DNA of 32,000 bases from Planctomycetales bacterium (GTDB lineage: Bacteria; 4484-113; JAFGCY01), in contig CP060262.1 of the NCBI GenBank assembly GCA_022646745.1, positions 2,460,001 to 2,492,000 on the forward strand, read 5' to 3'. This document shows, piece after piece, positions 1 through 8,427 of this stretch. The notes beneath the pieces are model-generated. The model did no database searches and was not told where the DNA came from. It saw only the letters and a program-made list of their open reading frames with translations. The translations under genes and the position numbers were made by a program. The stretch's first letter is position 1, and every line of letters starts with the position of its first letter.

Positions 1-162
1 ACCAACGACTACAGCGAGACCCGTGTCGGAGCAGGCTGGGACTATGAGTTGAGCGAGGAGGCACAGCTGCGCCTGAGCTACGACTTCAACGTGCGTGAAT
101 ACGACAGCCAGCCCGAACAGGAAGACAACCGGCTGCAGGCAATCATCTCCTTTAGGTTCTGA
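1..162 (+). CDS. 3' end of a gene for an outer-membrane beta-barrel-type protein (partial; 5' end outside the window)
   Basis: Frame 1 is open from base 1 to TGA at 160-162. The translation TNDYSETRVGAGWDYELSEEAQLRLSYDFNVREYDSQPEQEDNRLQAIISFRF* has an alternating beta-strand pattern and ends in a C-terminal Phe, as in BAM-dependent outer-membrane proteins. It lies directly upstream of the FecR-like gene on the same strand. Confidence 0.45.
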   Translation, partial: TNDYSETRVGAGWDYELSEEAQLRLSYDFNVREYDSQPEQEDNRLQAIISFRF

Positions 163-194
163 TGTTCCTGGGCAGCCCCGTGCTGGAGAGAACA

Positions 195-2357
195 ATGAAA
201 CTGAACATCAATTTCAGGCTTAACGGCATCCTGCTGGCAGCGCTCATGCTGTTGCTGGCCGTGCCCGCTCACGCGCAGGATGATGCCTTCGGCATCGTCG
301 TGGAGCGCATCGCGGGCAGCGTGGAAGTACGCCACACGGAGCTGACGGAGAACCAGTGGCGCCAGGCCGAGAAGGGCGAGAACATCGGCGCGGGCTGGAG
401 CCTGCGCACCGGTGAGGAGTCCAAGGTGCAGCTGCGCTTCCCCGAGGACAACGTGGTGATCCTGCGCCAGAACAGCGAGCTGGTCGTAGACCGGCTGTCC
501 GCTGATGGCGGGGCCAGCCTGGAGGCGCTCAGCGGCGGGATCCTCGTCAACATCGAGAATGCACTGTCCCCCGGCAGCCAGTTCGAGGTCAAGACCCCGA
601 CGGCTCTCGCCGTGGTGCGTGGCACCAAGTGGGGCATGGATGAGATCGACGAGTTCGACTGCCTGTGCTACGGCTACGACGGCACGGTGGCACTGTTCAC
701 GGTTGACACCTTCGGCGACCCCGACCCTGCCAGCCAGGTCGACCTGACCATTGACACCGAGGTGGTTGCGGCCTATGGCAACCTGCAGGGCCCGGACCCG
801 GCGGGCAGTGCCGCGCTGCTGTTCCTGCAGGAGATGGAGGACGAAAGTGCCTTCGATGCCTACGAGCAGGCCCTGCAGGACCTTGCCAGTGACCTGCGTC
901 CCTTCGCACAGCGCGCGGATGACTTGCTGGACAAGCTCAGCGATTACGAGAAGGAATGGAACCGCTACGAGCGCAATGACCAGCGCTTCCAGATGCTGTA
1001 CCTCTACGTGCAGGTGCTCTACGCCTGGGATTCCCTTGATGAGCTGGGCAGTGACTATGCCTCCTTCCTGGAGGATGCCGAGCCCCGCCTGATCGTGCCC
1101 GTGCCGGACGGCCTGGCCAACAGTGCATTCACCGGCTTCAGCGATTCCCAGGACCCGGGTGACAACTTCGACTACTACGATGACCAGCTCGGGCTGCTGC
1201 GCCGCATCACCTCCGAGGAACTGCGCCAGGGCATCGGCGGCGTGCTGCGCATGATCGCCAGCGACAACCGCGACGCCTATGAGATCCTGCGCAACTTCAT
1301 GGATGACGCGGAACCCTTCATTGACACCAACCAGGACCTGATCGACCAGCTGCAGGGCCTGATCGAGCCCAGCGGCAACCCGGCGCTCTCCCTGCGCTGG
1401 AAGCTGTTCGACACTGACAACGACGGCATCTCCGACGTGGATGAGACCATGCTCGGGCTCGACCCGTTTGACAACAACTCAGACGGCTTCATCACCCTGC
1501 TCAACCCGGATGACGGCGAGGAGCTGGCCTACCCGGATGACAGCGAGGTGGAATTCAGCTTCGAGGAGCTGGACACCGACTTCATCGAGCAGTATGACCT
1601 CGTGCTGACCTCGAGCCGCGGCCGCCAGTGGGTGGCGCGCGATGTGGACAACGACACCACGGTCGAGACCGAGTTCCTGTTCGGCAACGGCGGGATCTTC
1701 GCTGACGACATCGTGGCGGACTCCAGTGGCCGCACGCTTGAGCTGAGCTGGCAGATCGTGGCCAAGGTGGATGAGGACGAGCTGTTCGCCGGCATCGCGG
1801 CGGCCAACCCGGACTTCGCCTCCGCCTTCGGCGGCACCATCGCCAGCGAGCAGCGCGAACTGACGATCACCGCCCCGTTCATCGACCAGGAAGTGATCAT
1901 CGACCTCGAGGGCATCGGCCGCACCGACGTGACCTGGGACGGACAGCTGTTCAGCCCGGACACGGTGCGCATCCGCGGCCTGATCAGCGATGTGAGCGAC
2001 CTGCGCCGCTGGAGCATCACCGTGCTGTTCGACCCGAGCGTGCTCGAGTTCGACCGCGGCCGCCGCAGCGGGCTGTTCAGCGGCTCCACCGTGTTCTTCA
2101 GCAACAACTCGAGCGGCGTGGTCACCATCAGCGGGCAGGTGCCCGCCGGCGACCCGGGCATCAGTGGCAACGGCGAGATCTTCGTGCTGGAGTTCCGCCC
2201 GTCCGAGCTGGGCTTCACCACGGTCGAGGTTGACGAGGCCGAACTGGAAGACAGCTTTGACAACCCGATCGATGCAGAGCCCGGTGACGACGTGGATGTC
2301 AGCGTTGACAGCGTGACCGGTGCCGTGGCTGGCGCGAAGGACCGGTTCAGGCGCTGA
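195..2357 (+). CDS. Secreted FecR-domain protein with a Ca-binding TSP3-like motif and a cohesin-like C-terminal domain
   Basis: Part of ORF 162..2357. The preferred start is ATG 195, with GGAGAG at 185-190, giving the signal peptide MKLNINFRLNGILLAALMLLLAVPAHA. FecR-like motifs are present (GSVEVRH...LRTGEESKVQLRFPEDNVVILRQNSELVV...FEVKTPTALAVVRGTKW). There is also DTDNDGISDVDE and a C-terminal beta-sandwich-like segment (WSITVLFDPSVLEF...GEIFVLEFRP). Confidence 0.75.
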   Translation: MKLNINFRLNGILLAALMLLLAVPAHAQDDAFGIVVERIAGSVEVRHTELTENQWRQAEKGENIGAGWSLRTGEESKVQLRFPEDNVVILRQNSELVVDRLSADGGASLEALSGGILVNIENALSPGSQFEVKTPTALAVVRGTKWGMDEIDEFDCLCYGYDGTVALFTVDTFGDPDPASQVDLTIDTEVVAAYGNLQGPDPAGSAALLFLQEMEDESAFDAYEQALQDLASDLRPFAQRADDLLDKLSDYEKEWNRYERNDQRFQMLYLYVQVLYAWDSLDELGSDYASFLEDAEPRLIVPVPDGLANSAFTGFSDSQDPGDNFDYYDDQLGLLRRITSEELRQGIGGVLRMIASDNRDAYEILRNFMDDAEPFIDTNQDLIDQLQGLIEPSGNPALSLRWKLFDTDNDGISDVDETMLGLDPFDNNSDGFITLLNPDDGEELAYPDDSEVEFSFEELDTDFIEQYDLVLTSSRGRQWVARDVDNDTTVETEFLFGNGGIFADDIVADSSGRTLELSWQIVAKVDEDELFAGIAAANPDFASAFGGTIASEQRELTITAPFIDQEVIIDLEGIGRTDVTWDGQLFSPDTVRIRGLISDVSDLRRWSITVLFDPSVLEFDRGRRSGLFSGSTVFFSNNSSGVVTISGQVPAGDPGISGNGEIFVLEFRPSELGFTTVEVDEAELEDSFDNPIDAEPGDDVDVSVDSVTGAVAGAKDRFRR

Positions 2358-2382
2358 GCCCGGCCGTTTCCCGGAGGTTGGC

Positions 2383-4281
2383 ATGAAACAGCAGCGCCTG
2401 TGGATCTCGCTGGGCTTCGCCCTGGCCTGCTTCGCCCTGCTGTTCGTGCTGTACGTCACGCCCGCCAGCCGCGCGGTGATCAACGGCATTGACACCTTCA
2501 CGATGGACTTCCTCTACGCCTTTCGCGGCGTGGTCAAGCCGGACAGCCGGCTGCGCGTGATCGGGATCACCGAGAATGACATCCAGCTGTTCCGCGAGGA
2601 ACTGGGCGTGCCGTACCCGCTGCCGCGCGACTGGCACGGGGAGCTGGTGCGCCGCCTGGCTGACAGCGGGGCGCGCATCATCGTGATGGACATCCTGTTC
2701 GCCGGCGAGGACAGCTGGGACACTTCCGAGGATGAAGCCCTGCGCGACGCGATCACCTACGCCCGCTCGAAGCACTGCGAGGTGGTGCTGGCCTCGGCGA
2801 TCGAGACGATGGTGGTGCCCGGCGGCACGGTGCGCACCAAGGTCACCCCGGCCCCGGTGATCATGGAGGCCCAGCCGCTGCTCGGCCTGTCCAACACCAC
2901 GCAGAAGCTCGGCTACCGGGCGGACGAGACCGCCTGGGACAGCATGCAGGATGGCGAGGAGGTGCTCTACTCGCAGGCGGTGCAGGCCTTCCGCATCTAC
3001 TGCGAGCAGGAGGGCGGGGAGTTCGAGGCCCTGCTTGACAATGCGGTCGGGCAGACCCGCAGCTTCCGCATCAACTACAGCGGACCGCTGGAGCCGGACG
3101 CGCAGGTCTCCGCCAGCCTTTCCAGCATCTTCTCCAACGAGCTGTTCGAGCACCGCGACCGCAATGACCTCGCCGAGGATGAGCGCGCGCGGCTGGAGCG
3201 GCGCTATACCGGCAGCTACGTGTTCATCGGCAGCCGGGCCAAGGCTGACAACGACTACTTCCAGACGCCCTACGGCACGATGTACGGCGTTGACACGAAT
3301 GCCAGCGCCTTTGACACGCTGGTCAGCGGACGATACGTGCGGGTGCTGCCGCCGGTGCAGGTGCTGATGGCCTGCTTCGCGCTGGCACTGCTGGCCTGGC
3401 TGACGAACCAGTTCAAGCCGGTGCGCAATGTCTGGCTGGCGGCGCTCGTGTTTGCCGGGCTCGTCGTTCTGGTGGACCTGCTGCTGTTCTCCCGCAGCGC
3501 GATCGAACTTTCGCTGACAATGACTACGCTTGGCTACGGCTTGCCGCTCCTGACCTGCTTCTTCCACGGGGCGATCTCCGATGAGCTGGCCGCCCGCCGC
3601 ATCCGCAGCCTGTTCGGTCGCTACGTTGCCAGCGAGGTGGTGGAGCAGATCGTGCGCGACCCGGCGCTGGCTGACCTCGGCGGGGTGGAGCGTACGGCGG
3701 CTGTAATGTTCAATGACATCCGCAACTTCTCCACGCTCAGCGAGCAGTTGACGGCTGCCCAGGTCGTGGAGTTCCTCAACCTGTACTGGGGCGTGGTGAA
3801 CGACATTGTCATCAACAACCACGGCTGGATCAACAAGTTCCTCGGTGACGGGATGGTGGCTTGCTTCGGCGGGCCGGTGCCGACGGAAAAACCGGTGGAC
3901 GATGCCGTGAAGACTGCGCTTGAGATCGTGCGCCGCCTGCATGAGGAACTCTGGCCGCAGCTTGACGCGCGCGGCCTGCCACGATTCCAGATCGGGATCG
4001 GCATCAATGTCGGCCGCGTGATCATGGGCAACATCGGCTCGGACATCCGCCAGGAGTACACGGTGATCGGTGACGCGGCGAATGTGGCCAGCCGCGTGGA
4101 GAGCCAGACGAAGGAGTACGGATGGAGCGTCCTCGTGACTCAGTCCGTGGTGGACGGCGCCAGCGGCACTTATGAGTTCCGCTTCGTGGGCTCGCAGCAG
4201 GTGAAGGGCCGCCAGGAGGAAGTGCGCTTCTACGCCGTACTCGACCCGGCTAAGGAAGAGGTGTACCGGTTGACGCTGTGA
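2383..4281 (+). CDS. CHASE2-sensor membrane adenylate/guanylate cyclase (class III)
   Basis: Part of ORF 2320..4281. The preferred start is ATG 2383, with GGAGG at 2373-2377. The protein has an N-terminal TM helix, a ~300-aa extracytoplasmic region, then a block of TM helices. The cyclase core motifs are AVMFNDIRNFSTLSE, FLGDGMVACFG, GINVGRVIMGNIGS and YTVIGDAANVASRVES. Confidence 0.88.
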   Translation: MKQQRLWISLGFALACFALLFVLYVTPASRAVINGIDTFTMDFLYAFRGVVKPDSRLRVIGITENDIQLFREELGVPYPLPRDWHGELVRRLADSGARIIVMDILFAGEDSWDTSEDEALRDAITYARSKHCEVVLASAIETMVVPGGTVRTKVTPAPVIMEAQPLLGLSNTTQKLGYRADETAWDSMQDGEEVLYSQAVQAFRIYCEQEGGEFEALLDNAVGQTRSFRINYSGPLEPDAQVSASLSSIFSNELFEHRDRNDLAEDERARLERRYTGSYVFIGSRAKADNDYFQTPYGTMYGVDTNASAFDTLVSGRYVRVLPPVQVLMACFALALLAWLTNQFKPVRNVWLAALVFAGLVVLVDLLLFSRSAIELSLTMTTLGYGLPLLTCFFHGAISDELAARRIRSLFGRYVASEVVEQIVRDPALADLGGVERTAAVMFNDIRNFSTLSEQLTAAQVVEFLNLYWGVVNDIVINNHGWINKFLGDGMVACFGGPVPTEKPVDDAVKTALEIVRRLHEELWPQLDARGLPRFQIGIGINVGRVIMGNIGSDIRQEYTVIGDAANVASRVESQTKEYGWSVLVTQSVVDGASGTYEFRFVGSQQVKGRQEEVRFYAVLDPAKEEVYRLTL

Positions 4282-4298
4282 GGGAGTGTTTGCGGAGT

Positions 4299-4342
4299 GT
4301 GCCTCTGAGAGGCACAGGGCCTTGTAGCTCTAAGAGCTACAC
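4299..4342. repeat. REP-like two-hairpin doublet (left flank of the RAYT gene)
   Basis: The sequence is GTGCCTC-TGA-GAGGCAC (4299-4315), linker AGGGCCTT, then GTAGCTC-TAA-GAGCTAC (4324-4340), then AC. The same doublet recurs at 5066-5109. A degenerate half copy, TAGCTACAC, follows at about 4350. Confidence 0.85.
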
Positions 4343-4351
4343 ATCGCTTAG

Positions 4352-4942
4352 CTACACACCGGACAGCTCGCGATAGCTTGACCAGGGCCAGTCCTCCATT
4401 CGCTTGCAGAGTCCGGCGGACACCGGGTTGTAGTGGATGTAATCCGCTGCCATTTCTAGCTGGCTGCGCTTGCGCACATATCTGTCGAAGTAATCTCGTT
4501 GCCAGAATCTGCCTTGCCGCCCAAGGATTTTGTTTGCCCGGGTAGCAGTAAATGCCTTCCAGCTCTTGACGATTCCGGCGAGTGGGTAGTTTTCCTTCTG
4601 CTGGATGATGCAATGCACGTGGTTTGGCATGATGACCCAGCATATGAGGTTGTACCTTTCACCGTGGAAGTGCCGCAATGCATTCCGGACCAGATTGGCA
4701 ATTTCCGGGATCCTGAGCCAGCAGGCCCCAAAATTCCTGTCAAGCTCGTCGTCAATAGCGCTGAAGAGTGCCAGAGTGGAGTCGTCAGGCTGCCCATGGG
4801 TGAGACTGTATACATGGTCAGGCGAGAGAGAGTCTGCGAGACGAAAGGTTATTGACTGGATCAATCCAGCTTCGTCATAGTGCGGTAACTTTGTGGCCTT
4901 GTAGAAACCAAGGTGATTGCCGAAGGAAGTAGTCTTGGTCAT
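4352..4942 (-). CDS. REP-associated tyrosine transposase (RAYT; IS200/Y1 HUH family)
   Basis: Part of ORF 4352..5149 (-). The preferred start is ATG at 4942 (MTKTTSFGNHLGFY...). The HUH motif is in VIMPNHVHCII, and RFWQRDYFDRYVR and the catalytic-Tyr region YIHYNPVSAGL...DWPWSSY are present. The upstream 69 codons of the ORF are only a read-through of the REP hairpins. GC is visibly lower than in the neighbouring genes. Confidence 0.85.
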   Translation of the reverse strand: MTKTTSFGNHLGFYKATKLPHYDEAGLIQSITFRLADSLSPDHVYSLTHGQPDDSTLALFSAIDDELDRNFGACWLRIPEIANLVRNALRHFHGERYNLICWVIMPNHVHCIIQQKENYPLAGIVKSWKAFTATRANKILGRQGRFWQRDYFDRYVRKRSQLEMAADYIHYNPVSAGLCKRMEDWPWSSYRELSGV

Positions 4943-5004
4943 ACAACAATAGTACAAAAAATAACATAAATTAGCAAGTATGACGTTTGTGATTTGTAAA
5001 GATG

Positions 5005-5109
5005 TGTTGGTCCCAGACCAACAGAGCCCTGTAGCTCCCAGAGCTACACTCCGAAAGTCGGAGTTGTGCCTCAAAGAGGCACAGGGCCATGTAGCTCCGA
5101 GAGCTACAC
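5005..5109. repeat. Array of five back-to-back hairpins (REP cluster, right flank of the RAYT gene)
   Basis: The five hairpins are: TGTTGGTC-CCA-GACCAACA (5005-5023); GTAGCTC-CCA-GAGCTAC (5031-5047); ACTCCGA-AAG-TCGGAGT (5048-5064); GTGCCTC-AAA-GAGGCAC (5066-5082); GTAGCTC-CGA-GAGCTAC (5091-5107). A degenerate copy, CCCTGTAAGCTAC, follows at about 5125. Confidence 0.85.
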
Positions 5110-5190
5110 TCCGGCAACACTCCGCCCTGTAAGCTACTTCCCCCTTCATTTGGGTAAAATATAGGGAACCATGTATATGGGAGACAAGTT

Positions 5191-6024
5191 ATGCGCATCC
5201 TGATCGCGGCATTCGTGCTGATGTTCGCCATGAGCACTTCCGCCTTTGCCCAGGCGGGCTACATCTACCAGTCCAGCGGCCTTGAATGGGTCGGCACTGC
5301 CCCCGTGCAGGCCGGCGACACCATGAAGGCCCTGATCACGCTTTACAACGGGCAGACCGCCATCGGTGACATGTACGTCAACGGCTGGTACCAGGATGAC
5401 CTGTTCGGCTACTGGGAAGGCTATTACAACCGTGACCCCTATTACTACGACGTGTACAGCGGCTACTGGAAGCCCGGTCCGGTGAACTACCGTTACGCTA
5501 ACCTGACCTTCCAGGGCGAGGTGCTGGAGGGCTGGGCCCGCCAGTTCGGCCAGGTGATCGACTACAACATCTTCCTCGGCCGCGACGGTGTGCTCTACAA
5601 GCGCATGCAGATCAAGCGCAACCGCCACCGCAACTCCAACCGTCGCCGCGAGGTGGTCTACAGCTACTTCCTCAATACGGAGACGGGCGAGCGCAGCGAC
5701 GGCGGGGCCCTGCCGTACCGCGTGATCACCGGCAACGCCGATGACGTGGTGGCACTGATCAACCAGCAGATCACGGACAACAACACCGTGCTGTCCAACT
5801 ACATCAAGGACAACCCGCTGTTCCCGCAGTGGCAGACCGAGGCCTTCGTCGCCCCGCAGGAAGTGGTGGTGGCATCCAGCATCCCGCGCAGCGGAGAGCT
5901 GAGCCTGTTTGAACTGATTGAAGGCGAGATCGGTCCGATTGAGGTGGGTGAAGCCGCCAGTGGCGAGGAGGCTGCCGTGGTGCAGTCGACCAGCGCCGCC
6001 GATGGGACGCTCACCGTCAGGTAA
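5191..6024 (+). CDS. Secreted hypothetical protein (Tyr/Gly/Trp-rich N-terminal half)
   Basis: 277-aa ORF with GGGAG at 5179-5183 upstream. The signal peptide is MRILIAAFVLMFAMSTSAFA. I recognise no family. A terminator follows. Confidence 0.7.
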   Translation: MRILIAAFVLMFAMSTSAFAQAGYIYQSSGLEWVGTAPVQAGDTMKALITLYNGQTAIGDMYVNGWYQDDLFGYWEGYYNRDPYYYDVYSGYWKPGPVNYRYANLTFQGEVLEGWARQFGQVIDYNIFLGRDGVLYKRMQIKRNRHRNSNRRREVVYSYFLNTETGERSDGGALPYRVITGNADDVVALINQQITDNNTVLSNYIKDNPLFPQWQTEAFVAPQEVVVASSIPRSGELSLFELIEGEIGPIEVGEAASGEEAAVVQSTSAADGTLTVR

Positions 6025-6044
6025 ACCAGATTAGGTAATCCAGA

Positions 6045-6080
6045 AGCCGGGTCACCTGCGGGTGGTCCGGCTTTGCTTTT
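6045..6080 (+). terminator. Rho-independent terminator after the 277-aa gene
   Basis: AGCCGGGTCACC-TGCG-GGTGGTCCGGCT forms a 12-bp stem with two G-U pairs, followed by TTGCTTTT. Confidence 0.7.
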
Positions 6081-6092
6081 AGGGGAGCAAAC

Positions 6093-6590
6093 ATGCGCGT
6101 GATCACAACGCTTTTGGCCTGTGCCATCCTGCTGATCTTTCCGCTGGCGGCCCATGCCCAGCAGGGCGGTGCTGAAACGGGGGAGGGACGCGTGCTGCAG
6201 CTGGCGGACGCCTACCAGGACGGCTACCTGCGCATGGCTGCGGTGAGCTGCTTCAGCGTCTACAGCACCTCCGGCTTCATCTTCGGTGACTTCCTCAACG
6301 GCGTGATCGACGGCCAGACCGCGATAAATTCGATGGAGCATGTGGCCCTGCTGCACAGCGTGACCTATGACAGCATCTCTGAGATCCAGACCCTGACCCC
6401 GGCTGAGGACGCACTGGCCCAGCATGAGCTGGGCAGCCTGAAGGACATCCTCGAACGGGAAAACCGCCTGCTGAGCGCGATCCTAGACCTGTTCAGTGAG
6501 GGTGGTGTGGAGCAGATGGAGCAGGTCAAGGCGGAGCTGGTACTTGTGGAACAGGCGCTGGATGACTATACTAACCCTCCGGCCGAATGA
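6093..6590 (+). CDS. Secreted hypothetical protein (helical, 165 aa)
   Basis: AGGGGAG lies at 6081-6087. The signal peptide is MRVITTLLACAILLIFPLAAHA. The stop is 53 nt upstream of the sensor gene on the same strand. Confidence 0.65.
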   Translation: MRVITTLLACAILLIFPLAAHAQQGGAETGEGRVLQLADAYQDGYLRMAAVSCFSVYSTSGFIFGDFLNGVIDGQTAINSMEHVALLHSVTYDSISEIQTLTPAEDALAQHELGSLKDILERENRLLSAILDLFSEGGVEQMEQVKAELVLVEQALDDYTNPPAE

Positions 6591-6643
6591 TCCGGACACG
6601 CAAAGCCGGGATCACAGAGGATTGGTAACTCGCGGGTAGGCTG

Positions 6644-8137
6644 ATGTCTTTTACGGCAGCGCTGGCGGATATTGAGAGCAAGGGCGGCAAGCCGTCGCGC
6701 ACCGGGCAGGTGCCGCGCATACTCGCCGTGCTGCTGACCATCCTCATCATCTTCATCGGCTGGACCTTCTTCTGGCTGGCCCAGAGCAACCGTGACGCCC
6801 TGCTGTCCGCGCGCGAGGATGAGATCGTGGACGGCGCGGATGCGGCGGTCACCATCCTCAGCGGCATCGAACGCAAGGAGCGCGAGGGACTGCTGAGCAA
6901 CCGGCAGGCCAAGCAGACCGCGCTTGACCTGATGAAGGACCTGCGCTTCGGCCCGTTTGGCAACGGCTTCGTCTACGTGCTGGACCGCAACGGCGTGATG
7001 CTGATGCACCCGCTCAGCAGCGACCTCGTCGGCGAGGATGTCAGCCCATTGAGCGATGCCTACGGCACGCGCTTCATCGCCCAGCTGATGAAGCTCTACT
7101 TCCGCGAGGATGCCAGCTTCGTGGAATATGAGATGGACTGGGCCGGCGAAGGCGGGATGGCCGTGCCACGGCTGGCCTATGCCACGGTGTTCGCGGAGTA
7201 CGACTGGGTGGTGGTGGCTGATGCCCCGCTGGATGACATCGAGCTGGCGGTGGATGAGCAGATCCAGAAGCAGTGGCTCGTGGTGGCCGTGATGTGCATC
7301 GTGCTCGGTGTGATCATCACCATCACGCTCAAGCGCCTGCTGCTGACCCGTGTGGACGAGCTGATCAAGGTCAGCCACGCAATCGCCGCCGGTGACTACA
7401 GCGCGCGCGTTGACAACCCGCAGACCAGCGAGCTGGCCACGTTGTGTGAGGCGATCAACCAGATGGCGCAGGGCATCCAGGAGCGCGATGCCTCGATCAG
7501 CCTCAGCCAGCGCACAGCCGTGTTCGCGCTCGCCAAGCTGGCGGAGGCGCGTGACAACGAGACCGGCGGGCACCTGCTGCGTGTGCGCGAATATGCCACG
7601 TTGCTGGCAACGAAGCTCAGCGGCCGCGAAGGCTGGAAGGAAATCATCGACGAGCAGTTCATCCGCGACATCTACGACGCCGTGATGCTGCATGACATCG
7701 GTAAGGTCGGCATCCCGGATGTGATCCTGCTCAAGCCGGCCAGCCTCGATGACCATGAACGCGCGATCATGATGTCGCACACACTGATCGGTGCCAACAC
7801 GATCCGCGCCGCGCGCCAGCAGATGCAGGTGGAGAGCGGCTTCCTCACGATGGCGGAGGAGATCGCGCGCTCGCACCATGAGCGCTGGGACGGGCAGGGC
7901 TATGTGGAGATGCTCAAGGGGCGCGACATTCCGGCGGCGGCGCGCATCTTCAGCGTGGCGGATGTGTACGACGCGCTGACGACCTCGCGGCCCTACAAGC
8001 CGGCCTATTCACATGAGGACACGGTGGAGATGATGACCGCGGATAGGGGAAAGCGCTTCGATCCGGACGTGCTGGACAGCTTCCTTGCCAGCGCCGGCGA
8101 GTTCAACCGCATCCGCCTCGAATTCGCCGCGAAGTAG
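6644..8137 (+). CDS. sCache-HAMP-HD-GYP family protein (putative c-di-GMP phosphodiesterase/sensor)
   Basis: TM1 is ILAVLLTILIIFIGWTFFWLA. The periplasmic part is single-Cache-like (GFVYVLDRNGVMLMHP). TM2 and a HAMP segment follow. The HD-GYP core has ETGGHLLRV, LHDIGKVGIPD, HHERWDGQGY and DVYDALTTSRPYK. Confidence 0.85.
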   Translation: MSFTAALADIESKGGKPSRTGQVPRILAVLLTILIIFIGWTFFWLAQSNRDALLSAREDEIVDGADAAVTILSGIERKEREGLLSNRQAKQTALDLMKDLRFGPFGNGFVYVLDRNGVMLMHPLSSDLVGEDVSPLSDAYGTRFIAQLMKLYFREDASFVEYEMDWAGEGGMAVPRLAYATVFAEYDWVVVADAPLDDIELAVDEQIQKQWLVVAVMCIVLGVIITITLKRLLLTRVDELIKVSHAIAAGDYSARVDNPQTSELATLCEAINQMAQGIQERDASISLSQRTAVFALAKLAEARDNETGGHLLRVREYATLLATKLSGREGWKEIIDEQFIRDIYDAVMLHDIGKVGIPDVILLKPASLDDHERAIMMSHTLIGANTIRAARQQMQVESGFLTMAEEIARSHHERWDGQGYVEMLKGRDIPAAARIFSVADVYDALTTSRPYKPAYSHEDTVEMMTADRGKRFDPDVLDSFLASAGEFNRIRLEFAAK

Positions 8138-8293
8138 GGGGAGGTGCGCAGCTTGTCTGCGCCTAACCTGACAACAGACTTCAGACTCCAGATCCATATT
8201 CGAACGAAGCAGCTCGCTTGCGCTCGTGCAACATCATGCAATGCGTGGCGGATTTGATTGACCCTAGAGGGCATAGAGGGGTTGCGAGCGGCA

Positions 8294-8427
8294 ATGCAAT
8301 GAAGTAGGGATGCGGTAATACCGCATCCCGGCGGCAGTATTACTGCCGCCCTATGTCCAGCTGCTTGGCAATACTCACTTCGATGCATTCACTCCCAGTC
8401 GTCGCGAGGCGACGCCGCTACCCATGA
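8294..8427. repeat. 134-bp direct repeat, copy A (contains the twin-hairpin GTAGGG element at 8301-8357)
   Basis: Aligns without gaps to 8974-9107, an offset of exactly 680 bp. There are 2 mismatches in the first 59 nt, a divergent middle of about 38 nt apart from a shared CTTCG, and 3 mismatches in the last 34 nt. Hairpins: GGGATGCGGTA-A-TACCGCATCCC, GGCGGCAGTA-T-TACTGCCGCC and CGTCGC-GAG-GCGACG (8400-8414). Confidence 0.85.

Noticed and set aside
2347-3942. Long antisense or alternate-frame ORFs with no support. Examples: 2347..3942 (-) 531 aa, 1479..2501 (-), 6566..7879 (-), 12444..14192 (-), 19448..20437 (-), 21360..22760 (-), 22867..23781 (-), 23637..24692 (-), 26675..27625 (+), 30123..30746 (+).
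   Set aside because: Each overlaps a gene with clear family motifs on the other strand or frame. Their translations are Ala/Arg/His/Gln/Leu/Val-rich with few Trp/Tyr/Lys/Asn, the typical stop-poor shadow frames of high-GC DNA.
4943-5149. N-terminal 69-codon extension of the RAYT ORF (MKGEVAYRAECCRSVALGATWPCASLRHNSDFRSVALGATGLCW...).
   Set aside because: It is a translation through the REP hairpin array, and its repeated peptide SVALGAT mirrors the repeated GTAGCTC hairpins. An internal ATG at 4942 gives a normal-length Y1 transposase.
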